A DNA stretch of 64,000 nt from an uncultured Methanoregulaceae archaeon. Lineage in GTDB: Archaea; Halobacteriota; Methanomicrobia; Methanomicrobiales; Methanospirillaceae. Both the position numbers and the translations under genes were made by a program. The notes below the pieces were generated by a model. That model was not told the DNA's origin and searched no databases. It saw nothing but the letters and a program-made list of their open reading frames with translations. The stretch is taken from assembly GCA_963841015.1 (NCBI GenBank), contig CAWJAX010000005.1, positions 96,001 through 160,000 of the forward strand, read 5' to 3'. Below are positions 1 through 9,981 of this stretch, in pieces; position 1 is the first letter of the stretch; each line of letters begins with the position of its first letter.

Positions 1-1
1 G

Positions 2-1167
2 GTCTATGCGCACCATGATGCAGACGGCATAGCAGCCGGCTCGATCCTCTGCCATGCGATGGAGCGGGCAGGTATCCGGTTCCGCCTGAGGATCCGGCAT
101 GAAGTCAATCCTGCCGAGCTGAAGGGTGACGCTGGCCACCTTCTCTGCGATCTTGGGGCAGGAATATCTGATCTTCCCGCTGCAACAATGGTGGTCGATC
201 ACCATCTCCCGAAGTTTGAGGGAGCATTCCATGCCAACCCGAGGCTGGCCGGAATTGACGGGGACCGTGAACTGTCCGGAGCAGGTATGGCGTATCTCGT
301 TGCCCAGAAGATGGGAGACAACCGCGACCTGTCGGGGCTTGTAATACCCGGCATTATCGGGGACGGCCAGGAAATAACCGCCAAAAACCTCGAGATTTTC
401 AATGAAGGCATCACTGACGGCATCATCGTTCCTGACAGAGGACTCACCCTCCCGGGCAGGGACATGACCGAACGGTGGTATACAGCAACCAGCCCATACC
501 TAGATGGGATCAGCGGGGGGAACAGCTCATCGCCGATCTCATCGGTCAGGCACAAGGCCAGGCAAAAGGTGAGAATGCGAGCCGGCTCGACATCCTGCTA
601 TCACGGGTAGTACTGGAAGCAGCACCAAACGCGACACGGGCAAGTATCGATATGATCTATGGAGATACCTACCATCTCCAGCGTGAGGTAATTGAGGATG
701 CTCATGCACTCACTGCGGTGATTGATGCCTGTGGGAAAAGCGGTCGTGGCGATATCGGGGCGACTCTCTGCCTCCGATCTTCCTATTATCTCGACCAGGC
801 ATGGGAGATTGCCCGGCAGCATCGCATGAACGTAATCGATGCGATCAAACATTTAAGCCCCGCTGAAGGTCCGGTCGGTGTCTACGAAGTGCAGGACGTC
901 ACCCTGGCAAGCGATGTCGCAGATATCGTTGCCCGTGACCTTATCAACATGTGGCCGGTGCTCGTGTATGCGCATACCGGCGAGTCCTGCAAAATCTCAG
1001 CACGCTGTCCTGCAGGAATTGTTCGGGAACTCGGACCGCTGGTCAGTTCGCTCGCGGCTGCATGCGGGGGCACCGGCGGGGGGCATATCCGCAGGGCAGG
1101 GGCAACAATCCCCTGCGGGAAGATGGGTATGTTTACAAAAGGCTGGCAGGAGGAACTTGCCTCATGA
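2..1167 (+). CDS. DHH/DHHA1 phosphoesterase (RecJ-like), 5'-truncated by the window; one frameshift at G-run 515-520
   Basis: Motifs HHDADG, VVDHH, ELSGAG, GDGQ and C-terminal GGGH..AGA. ORFs 59..610 and 475..1167 join if one G is added. Sits in the usual DHH-pcc1-rps3ae context. Confidence 0.85.
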
Positions 1168-1409
1168 TGCAGATCAAAGGCGAGATCACGACAGTGCACA
1201 GGAATGCACGATGTGTTGCCTCATCATTAGCACCGGACAACCTCACCAGCATGACTACAATCGCTGAAGGTGATAAGGTGACAACAGTAATTACCGGCAC
1301 ACAGCTCAGGTCGGTCATCGCATCCGTAGATGACTATCTTATGAATCTGGCAATTGCGGAGGAGACCTGTTCGTCTTTTTCGCAACAATCCGCAGATACT
1401 CAAAGGTAA
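1164..1409 (+). CDS. pcc1: KEOPS complex subunit Pcc1
   Basis: ATGA overlap with the upstream gene; LAPDN...LRSVIASVDDYLMNL motif; immediately upstream of rps3ae. Confidence 0.85.
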   Translation: MMQIKGEITTVHRNARCVASSLAPDNLTSMTTIAEGDKVTTVITGTQLRSVIASVDDYLMNLAIAEETCSSFSQQSADTQR

Positions 1410-1497
1410 TAACGACCGTAAAACCCGGTCAGACACTCCGGGCAAGAATACGGTTGCAGGGAAAAAAGTACAGGGAGGAATTCCTCCAGGTGATACC

Positions 1498-2103
1498 ATG
1501 GCAAAGAAAAAACAGGTTGGAAGAAGAGTAGAAGGCTGGAAAGCCAAAAGCTGGTTCAAGGTGTACGTCCCCGACAACCTCGGTAAGGCGTACATCGGTG
1601 ACACCATTGCAAACGATGCTGAGAGCGTAGTTGGCAGGATCATGCAGGCAACGCTTGGTGAGATTACCAACGATTATGCAAAACAGCACATCAAGATGAG
1701 CTTTAAGATCGCAACCGTGACCGGTGATGCGGCATATACTGAATTTGTCGGCCACGAAGTTACCCGTGACTACCTCCGCTCGCTCGTCAAGCGCCGGAGC
1801 TCCCGTGTGGACTGCCAGGTTCCGCTCCTCACAAAAGACAGCAAGAAAGTGCGGCTGACCATCAGCTGCTACACGTTTGCCCGTGCAAACATTACGCAGG
1901 AGCATGCAATCAGAAAAGCCATCACCGACACGGTCGTTGCCCAGGCAGCAGCATGGGACCTGACCACACTCGTCAACGGGATTGCTTCTGGTGAGATTTC
2001 ACGGGATCTCTTCAAAGCGGTCAAGACCATTTACCCGACCCGCAGGGTTGAGATCATCAAATCCAAGGTCGAGCCGGTCGCAGCACGGGTCTCCACCGTA
2101 TAA
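1498..2103 (+). CDS. rps3ae: 30S ribosomal protein S3Ae
   Basis: WKAKSWFKV, DYLRSLVKRRSSRVD, IYPTRRVEIIKSKV; AGGTGA SD before ATG 1498; T-run after the stop. Confidence 0.97.
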   Translation: MAKKKQVGRRVEGWKAKSWFKVYVPDNLGKAYIGDTIANDAESVVGRIMQATLGEITNDYAKQHIKMSFKIATVTGDAAYTEFVGHEVTRDYLRSLVKRRSSRVDCQVPLLTKDSKKVRLTISCYTFARANITQEHAIRKAITDTVVAQAAAWDLTTLVNGIASGEISRDLFKAVKTIYPTRRVEIIKSKVEPVAARVSTV

Positions 2104-2219
2104 TACCAAAAGGATCCTTTTTTTTCATTGAGGTGACTTTCAATTACTGCTATCCCGCGATTCCCCTTGAAAGAGGAGACGGGCAATCCCATTACAGCGT
2201 GACGGATATAAAAACCGGG

Positions 2220-2292
2220 GGGATTAGCCGTGACTTTACGCTTCAGGCCCCGGATTCACCAGGGTTCTGCCGCGATACGCAGGAACACTCCC
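2220..2292 (-). ncRNA. Candidate 73-nt structured small RNA (three hairpins in a closing stem), family unknown
   Basis: Three hairpins plus a GGGA/UCCC closing stem; G-U pairs occur on the minus strand only; TTTAAG 25 nt upstream and T5 run downstream. Confidence 0.45.
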
Positions 2293-2403
2293 GTCGACAG
2301 GGTGTTTATACCTTAAAACAAGGGTATTTTCAGGATAATTCCCGGTTTTTATCACCCAACCAGAGAAACATAATTAGTCACTACATCCAACCATTCCATA
2401 CGA

Positions 2404-3639
2404 ATGACCGCCCAAAAGATCCTCTTTGTCGTTCTCGATGGCATCTCTGATCGCCCCTGCCCCGAGCTCGGAGGACTCACCCCCCTTACCGCAGCAAAAA
2501 CGCCGGTGCTTGACCGGCTCGCACGGGAAGGGATCTGCGGTATAATGGATACCATTGCAGCGGGAGTCCGCCCGGGTTCCGATACCGCCCATCTTGCTCT
2601 GCTGGGGTACGATCCGTACCACCATTATACGGGGAGAGGTCCCCTTGAATGTGAAGGAACCGGCATCCACATGGATCCCGGGATGATCGGGTTCCGCTGC
2701 AACTATGCTACCATTTCGCGGGACGGGATCATTACCGATCGCCGTGCAGGAAGGATCCATGACACCACTGATCTGAGCACCGCGATCCAGGAAGGGGTAG
2801 ACCTGTCAGCCTTTGGTGTCGAGGTCATTTTTCGTTCGGGAGCAGGACACCGGGCATCACTGGCGTTCAAAGGTGAGGGACTCGGGTACTGCGTTTCGTC
2901 CAATGACCCGAAAAAAGATGGTGTAACCCCGCTTAAGGTAACTCCACTCAGGCAGTCCGCAGGTGATGATAAAACGGCGGCTGCCTGTAACGAGTTTATC
3001 TGGCAGTCCACCAGGATCCTTTTTGACCATGCCATCAACAAAAAACGTGTAAAGAATGGATTAAACCCGGCCAACATCGTGTTGATGCGGGGTGCCGGGG
3101 AGATGGGGCATTTCGAACCATTCTCAAAGAGATATGGACTGTCCGGCAGTGTTATCTCGGCTGCAAGCCTTATCAATGGTATTGGAAGCTCTGTCGGGCT
3201 TTCCCGTGTCTCCGTGCAGGGAATCACCGGGTCACAGGACAGCAATATTCCCGGAAAGATTGCAGCAGCAATAGGGGAATTGAAAACAAAAGATTTTGTT
3301 CTGGTCAACATCAAGGGAGCTGACGAATCCGGGCATGACGGGCTTGCCGGGCAGAAACGCGATTTCATCACAAAAACCGATACAGCCCTTTCACCCCTGC
3401 TGGATCTTCCCCAATGTATCATTGTCATCTGTGCCGACCATTCAACACCCTGTACCATCAAGGATCATAGCGCTGATCCTGTTCCGGTACTCATTCACGG
3501 GGAGGGTGTCCGGGTTGATGATGTCATGCGGTTCGATGAATATTCCTGTGCACGCGGAGGACTATGCCGCATTACCGGCGCAGCACTCCTGCCAACAGCT
3601 CTCGACCTGATAAACAAGGCACATAAATTCGGGGCATGA
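2404..3639 (+). CDS. apgM: 2,3-bisphosphoglycerate-independent phosphoglycerate mutase
   Basis: LDGISDRP, PGSDTAHLALLGYDP, GRGPLE, DESGHDG, ADHSTP, HSADPVP. Confidence 0.95.
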   Translation: MTAQKILFVVLDGISDRPCPELGGLTPLTAAKTPVLDRLAREGICGIMDTIAAGVRPGSDTAHLALLGYDPYHHYTGRGPLECEGTGIHMDPGMIGFRCNYATISRDGIITDRRAGRIHDTTDLSTAIQEGVDLSAFGVEVIFRSGAGHRASLAFKGEGLGYCVSSNDPKKDGVTPLKVTPLRQSAGDDKTAAACNEFIWQSTRILFDHAINKKRVKNGLNPANIVLMRGAGEMGHFEPFSKRYGLSGSVISAASLINGIGSSVGLSRVSVQGITGSQDSNIPGKIAAAIGELKTKDFVLVNIKGADESGHDGLAGQKRDFITKTDTALSPLLDLPQCIIVICADHSTPCTIKDHSADPVPVLIHGEGVRVDDVMRFDEYSCARGGLCRITGAALLPTALDLINKAHKFGA

Positions 3640-3658
3640 TGAACATTTCGGGTGACAG

Positions 3659-4504
3659 ATGAAAGAGAGAACCGTAAAAAACTGGCACAAGCACTGCCTG
3701 CTCCCTGACGGGACAGAATTACAGGAGCACAGTATCAAGACCGACCGGAACATCGTTGTCGGGGAATTCTGCCAGATCGAATACGGGCTGAGGGGAGCCG
3801 ATGTCTACGTGGGCGAATCCTCTAAGATCCGCGAGTATGTCTGGGCAAACGGGGACGTGCGGATCGGGAACTGGTGCGATGTGGGCGGAGATGTGATCGC
3901 CAAACAGGACGCGTATATTGGGGAAGGAGTGCATATTGCCGGAAAACTGGTTGTTTCCGGGGCCCTGGACATCGGGGAAAAAGTCGAGATAAAAGAAGGG
4001 TTCGAGGCTCAAGGCGACGTGGAAATAAGAAACCCGATGCCGGTGTTCATGTTCATCATTATCTACTTAATGACCCTGTTGAGGATAGAGAATGAAAAGG
4101 AGCTGGACCGGATCATTGATGACCTGTTCTCTGAAGAGGAGGAAAAGCGTGAGATCCCGCTTATGATACCTGCCCGCTCGAAGCTGAACCTCAAGCTCTT
4201 TGCTGTCCCTTCGACCATGAAGATCGGGAAAGGCTGCAGGCTCCATGGCAACATCCGGGCAGGTTCTATTGATGTCCAGCAGAACTCGGTCATCTTCGGA
4301 AGCCTGCGGGCAAAAAACCGTATCACGGTCGTTGACGGTGTCACCGTTCACGGGAATGTGGAGAGCGGCAGTACAGTCTATGTGAGGAAAGGAGCTCATA
4401 TCCTCGGTGATGTGATTGCAAAATCCATTGTGCTCCATGAAGAGGCAACCGTTGACGGGACGATTGAAGCCCCGCATGGAATGCGTATCGAGCGGGGTCC
4501 ATGA
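3659..4504 (+). CDS. Polymer-forming cytoskeletal (bactofilin-like beta-helix) protein
   Basis: Repeated V/I-x-G-x-V/I units (IGEGVHIAGKL, VTVHGNV, VDGTIEA) in two blocks around a hydrophobic segment. Confidence 0.7.
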   Translation: MKERTVKNWHKHCLLPDGTELQEHSIKTDRNIVVGEFCQIEYGLRGADVYVGESSKIREYVWANGDVRIGNWCDVGGDVIAKQDAYIGEGVHIAGKLVVSGALDIGEKVEIKEGFEAQGDVEIRNPMPVFMFIIIYLMTLLRIENEKELDRIIDDLFSEEEEKREIPLMIPARSKLNLKLFAVPSTMKIGKGCRLHGNIRAGSIDVQQNSVIFGSLRAKNRITVVDGVTVHGNVESGSTVYVRKGAHILGDVIAKSIVLHEEATVDGTIEAPHGMRIERGP

Positions 4505-5337
4505 AAGCCGCTGAGATCCTCGGGGTCGACACAGTCAGGTTCATAGAACCCGGATTTGCCGCACTCACGGACAGAAGATTCAATGGGTTCCTTGCAGACA
4601 TTCAGGGAGATGAAGGACGTCTTCTTTTAGATGAGCGTGAAGACCCGATAGCGCTGGCACTCCATGGATCGGATGGATGGATCGCCGGTTCGTTCCTGTG
4701 CAGGAATCCATCGGTTGCACTGATCGAACTTTTCGAAAATGTAAACGGGGAGATATTCCAGGAAGACCGGGCTGTCTGGGCAGCGGCTGTACGTGAGCAC
4801 TTCAGCAATGCCCTGGTGGCCGAAATTCCCCCATCAATAGAAGATCTCAATCCCACACGGCATGGAATCTTAAAAAACCTCATAACCAGCATCTGGGGGA
4901 CAAGCCAGGGGGAGACCTGTATCGACTGCTGCTGCGGATCAGGTGTCGGATCAGCGGTCCTGCGTGATCTTGGGTTTTCTCCCCTTTCCTATGACAATGA
5001 TGAGTCCCTCCTTTCCCGGGGACTTACCGAAAAGCGACTGCTTCCCGAAGAAACGATGTGGATCGATGCGACCATCGCCTCGCGATATATCGAGCCGGTA
5101 CCGAAAGGAATCGGGATCATGATGGGGGAGATCAACACGTTTTCCCAGGATATGTGGGTTCGGATCATTGAGGAACTCTGTACGATAACCCGGGAAACCC
5201 TGATCACGGTAGGGACAGAGAAGGAAGCGCTTCTGATCCAGGAATGGGGAAAGGAGATAGAACGGGATATGGAAATAACCGAGAATCCTGCTGACCCTAT
5301 TTATGATCTCTGGGTCTGTCGTGTTCACCCGGCATAA
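4501..5337 (+). CDS. Conserved protein with class I SAM-methyltransferase-like motif
   Basis: IDCCCGSGVGS motif I followed by YDND; ATGA overlap with the upstream gene. Confidence 0.6.
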   Translation: MKAAEILGVDTVRFIEPGFAALTDRRFNGFLADIQGDEGRLLLDEREDPIALALHGSDGWIAGSFLCRNPSVALIELFENVNGEIFQEDRAVWAAAVREHFSNALVAEIPPSIEDLNPTRHGILKNLITSIWGTSQGETCIDCCCGSGVGSAVLRDLGFSPLSYDNDESLLSRGLTEKRLLPEETMWIDATIASRYIEPVPKGIGIMMGEINTFSQDMWVRIIEELCTITRETLITVGTEKEALLIQEWGKEIERDMEITENPADPIYDLWVCRVHPA

Positions 5338-5372
5338 GGGCCTGCACAAACGTTTTTTGCACTCCAAGGGGA

Positions 5373-6164
5373 TTATGCGCAAAATCCGCAACGGTAGTGA
5401 ATCAAAAAAATATTGCTTATGTACTGATTCTCCCGCTGACAAGTGATTCCCCCATGGGTTACCGCTATGGCGTTTGGTTCGCTTGGTTGCTGGTAACACA
5501 CATTAAATGTATACATCGGACCCGCCGATACATATGCCAGATCAGTAACTACATTTGAAGACCCTGCCGGCAGATTATACCCGGGTGCAGTAATTTCGAA
5601 ATTAAAAGTATAGAAGGTGATTCCGGATTTTTCCATGGAGGGTGGCACTAAAAATGAAAAATCTCCATTTTCCTGCGTTATGCAATCCGCAATGTGCGTT
5701 TTATTGGGAGTTCCGATAAGAGTCACGGTAACTTTTGTGCCACCAACAGGGCTGCAGGTTGCAGTTCCTGAAGGGGGTATGATAAATTCTCCCGCTGGAG
5801 CTTTTAAGGTAATGCCGTTTTCAATAACCTGAGGTGATGGGGCAGATTCAGGAGTTTTATCATCTGTATTAATCCCTGCAGGATCTGCCGTACTGGATTT
5901 CACGTGAAACGGAGAATTATCAGAAAGCGGGTTATCAAAAACTGTGTGCATTTTTCCATCGGTCAAAGACTGGTTAACAGGCAGTATTGCAGTATCCTGA
6001 CTAGTGATGACTGACAGGACACTGGAGAGGGGAAGGGGTATTGTTATGGCTGAACTGTCATGTATCTCAGCTTTCAGGTCTCCCATTAAAAGACCCGTAC
6101 ATCCACTTGTCATCACGAGTGCCAGAATAAGTATAACAGTTACAACAAAATGCCGGTATTGCAT
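5373..6164 (-). CDS. Hypothetical secreted lipoprotein (AT-rich, accessory)
   Basis: Hydrophobic N-terminus with lipobox-like MTSGC; T/P/S-rich; the true 3' end is uncertain. Confidence 0.6.
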   Translation of the reverse strand: MQYRHFVVTVILILALVMTSGCTGLLMGDLKAEIHDSSAITIPLPLSSVLSVITSQDTAILPVNQSLTDGKMHTVFDNPLSDNSPFHVKSSTADPAGINTDDKTPESAPSPQVIENGITLKAPAGEFIIPPSGTATCSPVGGTKVTVTLIGTPNKTHIADCITQENGDFSFLVPPSMEKSGITFYTFNFEITAPGYNLPAGSSNVVTDLAYVSAGPMYTFNVCYQQPSEPNAIAVTHGGITCQRENQYISNIFLIHYRCGFCA

Positions 6165-6534
6165 AATAACCCCAGGATAAATTTATTATTTAATTATTGT
6201 ATATAAAATTTGCTATTTTTATTTTTACGTTTATTAAATGAATTTTTTTAAATAAACCATAAAAAATGCGTTAAATGACAGATCAGGGCACAGTTCGATG
6301 CAACAACCTATGCAGAGTGCTTCAGAAATGACCCGATGGTGAAAAATCAAAGTCAAAGGTGGCGACAAACATGATTGAAACAATGACGCTTGACGATGAC
6401 CCGCTGCTGAAAGGAAACCCAGCTTTGGTTGCAAAGGCTAAAAAGTGAGTTGATTTTTCATTCCTTGCAGGGTACTTCAAACAGTAGTGCCTGTGACAAC
6501 CTTTCTTTTGGAGGTTTGTTGTGTCCAGGATATC

Positions 6535-8623
6535 TCATCGTCTTCTATGCCCTTTGTGAGGAGGTACCTTCGGTTTTCCGCCGACTTTTTTAGGATCTGC
6601 CTTCTTCTCCTTATGAACGTCCTCGCTCTCAAGCTCGGCGATTACATCTACCGGATCATCCATGAATTTTGTCAGGCGGAGGATCTCAAGGAGCCGCTCC
6701 ATACCGATAAAGTGTTCCGCCATCACCTTTGCAAGCGGTGACATGACAAGCCGGGTCCCCCGCTTCTCGACAAGCCGGTGCGCAATCAGATCGGGCAGCA
6801 CCGGTTCCACCGTGCCGACCATCATACCGTTAATCCGGTTGAGATCTGCTTCCTCACCGTTACAGGCAACGGCATTTGCCACGTATTCTTCCGAACTCTT
6901 TTCGAAATCATGCTCGGGAGCTGACCTCTTCCATCTCTCCTTTGAGAAGGCGGATTGCAACCTCCTCTTCAGTAAACGGGTTCTCCCGGGAATAGGTACC
7001 TCCCGGCTCTGCAAGGAGAACTACCCGCCCGAGATCGTGGAAATCCGGTCTTCCCGCCCGGCCCGCCATCTGGTTGAATTCCTGTACCGAGAGCCAGTCC
7101 CTGCCCATGGCAAGCGCATCGAAAATCACCTGCGATGCCGGGAAGTCTACACCCGCACCGAGCGCTGCGGTCGTGACCACGGCCATGAGTTTCCCGCCCA
7201 GGAACTTTGTCTCAACATCCCTCCGCTCCTGGGACGTGAGACCGGCATGGTATGCAGCAGCTCTTATCCCCAGTGCATCGGCAATCGTATGGCAGCGGGC
7301 CCGGGCATTGGTAAAGATGATGGTCTGTCCCCGGAATCCCTTTGACGAAGTCCGCTTGTACTCCTCGGTCGTCATCTGCTTGATAGTCGGGATTTTCTGT
7401 TTGCGCTCGAGGAATAGAAGATACCGCTCCAGCCCCACCGGACGTTCAGCGTACCTCACAAGACTGCAGTTTAATTTTTTTGCCAGCGTCTTTGGGGAGC
7501 CGATGGTAGCCGAGAGATACAGGAACTGTGCCTGCGGGGCGAGATACTTCAATCGTGCGATCATGCCATCGAGGCGGTGCCCGCGGTCAGCATCCTCGAG
7601 CATCTGTACCTCATCAATAACTACGGTCGCAATGTTGGCCATCTTCTGCCCACAGCGGATCATGTTGTCCACCCCTTCATACGTCCCAACAATGATCGGG
7701 GACTGGGGGTTCCGGTCACCAATTTTCCGGGTCTCGGGAAGGTTGAGCCGGCTTACACCGGTGAGGAGCCCGGTCTTTGCAAGTTTCCCGTACCGCTCTG
7801 TGAACCGTTCATATTTCTGGTTTGCAAGTGCCACCAGCGGTACGAGGAACAGCATTCTTCCCCTCCCTTCAAGATAGTTCTTAATCCCGGCCATCTCACC
7901 GATGAAGGTCTTGCCGCTTGCTGTCGCGGCAACCACCAGCAGGTCCTTACCGTGCAGCAGACCTGCTTCCACTGCAAGCTGCTGGGCCGGCATGAGCTGG
8001 GAAACACCGCTTGCTTCAACAAACTGCCGCGGGAGGGGCAGTTCCCCGATTGCTGCAGTTGTCATAACCGGGTGCGGTTCGAGCCGGTCATAGAGCGCCG
8101 CTTTCATGGTAAGCTTGTCGGGTTGCAGCGTCGCTAATACACGGTCAAGATTGCGGAACGTGAGGAGCAGGTTCTCAAGGTGAGCATACCCCTCCAGACC
8201 CAGCCTGCCCATGTGGGAAACTTCACGGCGCAGCTCACGCTTCCCGCACTCAAGACAGATCTTCTCACCTTTTCCAAACGTGACAGAATTTTCCTCATTT
8301 AACTGGGTGAAACGCTCGTCCAGCAGGCACATGCGGCAGGCGTCAACAAAACCAGCTTTGATCTGAAAATCTCCAAGAAATGTTTCAAATTGCGGATCGG
8401 GTTTGACCAGACGGACATCTGCCTCACGGAGCCGGGCAATCAGTTCCTTTGAAGGTGTATGCCGGTACTCTTTCTTGGTGCCCCACCTGAGCCGGTACTT
8501 TGTCGGGCGCGGTCCCCGGGGGGTCTCCGTCAGCTCAACAAACCCGGCACCCAGCACATGCCGCCCATCATACAGGAGAAGTTTGTAACTGCCACCTTTC
8601 TGAGGCTGAACAAGGATCTTCAT
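6535..8623 (-). CDS. Archaeal Ski2-like DEAD/DEAH helicase; one frameshift near 6923
   Basis: ATASGKT, DEVQ, LSAT, YHAGL, QMAGRAGR. ORFs 6908..8623 and 6535..7014 join as EEVAPEHD. Confidence 0.9.
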
Positions 8624-9429
8624 GGTGAGATCAGGTCATGGATCACGTACGAGAGTTCCACGCTCTCCAGTCTCTTTAAAAAGTCCGTGAACTCCTCGTC
8701 AACGATGACAATAACGCAATCAATTCCGTGGAATGCTGCCTCAATGACACCTTCCCGTGCACCAAAGAACATATCGGGTTTTTTCCCTGCTTTTATCAGC
8801 GCGATATATGCCTCAAGACCTACTGCTGCGACGATGCCGGCACTGCCAATGACGTCCAGCAGCTTGTCCCTTTTGATCTTTTTGGAACCCCCGTGCAGGA
8901 TCCGCGGTACTTTGCACACGTGAATCATCCCTTCCTTGTGATCGATGATCCCATTTAACCGTGCAACACCGACATCCTCATCTTTTTTTGCATCCGCAAT
9001 GACCGTCCCGGTTGCGGCAAGTGGCTTTTTTCCCGCAAAGAGGAATCCGGCATTCATATATACGCCGACCTGATCTTCTTTTTTTAAGTCCTCGGCAGCA
9101 ATGGCTGTCCAGACCGAGACCTGCTGGATGATATCACGCCTGATGTGTCGTGCATAGGATTCGAGCGACTCGGCATTTTCCAGTACCCATTCGATACCTG
9201 CCTTGGTTACCTCATAATTGCCCCTTCCGCTTGCAGAAACCTTCCCTTCATCCACGAGCTCGCGGATATACTCTGATATTGCCTGAGGGGTAACACCCAG
9301 TTTTTCTGCAATTTCCTGCTGCCGGACTGCCGGCTGGTGCTCGGCAATCTCTACAAGAATCTGGAGTCGCGACACCTCACGTTTACTGCGCAAAATAGAA
9401 TAAAGTGGATCCTTAGCGCCCAGTGTCAA
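8620..9429 (-). CDS. Winged-helix transcriptional regulator (archaeal conserved family)
   Basis: RQQEIAEKLGVTPQAISEYIRELV HTH; probable TTG start at 9429; ATGA overlap with the helicase. Confidence 0.8.
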   Translation of the reverse strand: MTLGAKDPLYSILRSKREVSRLQILVEIAEHQPAVRQQEIAEKLGVTPQAISEYIRELVDEGKVSASGRGNYEVTKAGIEWVLENAESLESYARHIRRDIIQQVSVWTAIAAEDLKKEDQVGVYMNAGFLFAGKKPLAATGTVIADAKKDEDVGVARLNGIIDHKEGMIHVCKVPRILHGGSKKIKRDKLLDVIGSAGIVAAVGLEAYIALIKAGKKPDMFFGAREGVIEAAFHGIDCVIVIVDEEFTDFLKRLESVELSYVIHDLISP

Positions 9430-9925
9430 GCAGCACCAGTCCCTGTCCCTTGACATCCATGTGCGTGATCCGTTTGGCAAGTCCTTTGATAAAAACGGGA
9501 CTGACACTGAATTTCCGGGAGAGGTCGTTGATAGAACTATTACCCTTACCGAGTTCTCCTTCAATCTTTTCAACGACTTCACGGAGGTTCTCATCATTGG
9601 AAAGCGAGATGTACAAAATATCGGAGAGGTCCGAAAGATTGCACTGGAAGTTCGCACGGAACTTGTTATAGGTTGAACGGAACTCTTTTTGCGGTTTTGC
9701 ACCGGGTTTTGGCATCCGCCACTGTTCCTCTACAAGGTTCCCCTTCTTCAAAATCTGGAGACAGAGGGGAATACTATCATTATTGACGTGTATACGGATC
9801 TCATCTTCAGTCATCCAGGATTTGTTCAATAGTTCATAGACCTTTTTAAAAGATGGGTCGTTGAATGTCATCAGGAGAGGAACAAGCTCAACGGGATCGT
9901 TTACAATTCGAATATGGCCCGGCAC
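9413..9925 (-). CDS. ArsR-like/double winged-helix regulator
   Basis: LKKGNLVEEQWRMP...P.KEF motif and C-terminal HTH SINDLSRKFSVSPVFIKGL. Confidence 0.7.
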   Translation of the reverse strand: MPGHIRIVNDPVELVPLLMTFNDPSFKKVYELLNKSWMTEDEIRIHVNNDSIPLCLQILKKGNLVEEQWRMPKPGAKPQKEFRSTYNKFRANFQCNLSDLSDILYISLSNDENLREVVEKIEGELGKGNSSINDLSRKFSVSPVFIKGLAKRITHMDVKGQGLVLLDTGR

Positions 9926-9981
9926 GATAAAACCCTATAATTATATGGTTCCCTGAATCAATAAATTTTTGCGGCACAACC

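Noticed and set aside
2220-2292. Possible tRNA-Pyl, tRNA-Sec or c-di-AMP riboswitch
   Set aside because: No T-loop or suitable anticodon arm. Only short GGTGAATCC/GCTAA similarities to ydaO, without its architecture or a downstream gene on that strand.
5373-5445. Possible additional frameshift giving the lipoprotein a ...ITVSGRIST* end
   Set aside because: Plausible, since a T-run follows, but untestable without homologs. It was not counted in the indel tally.
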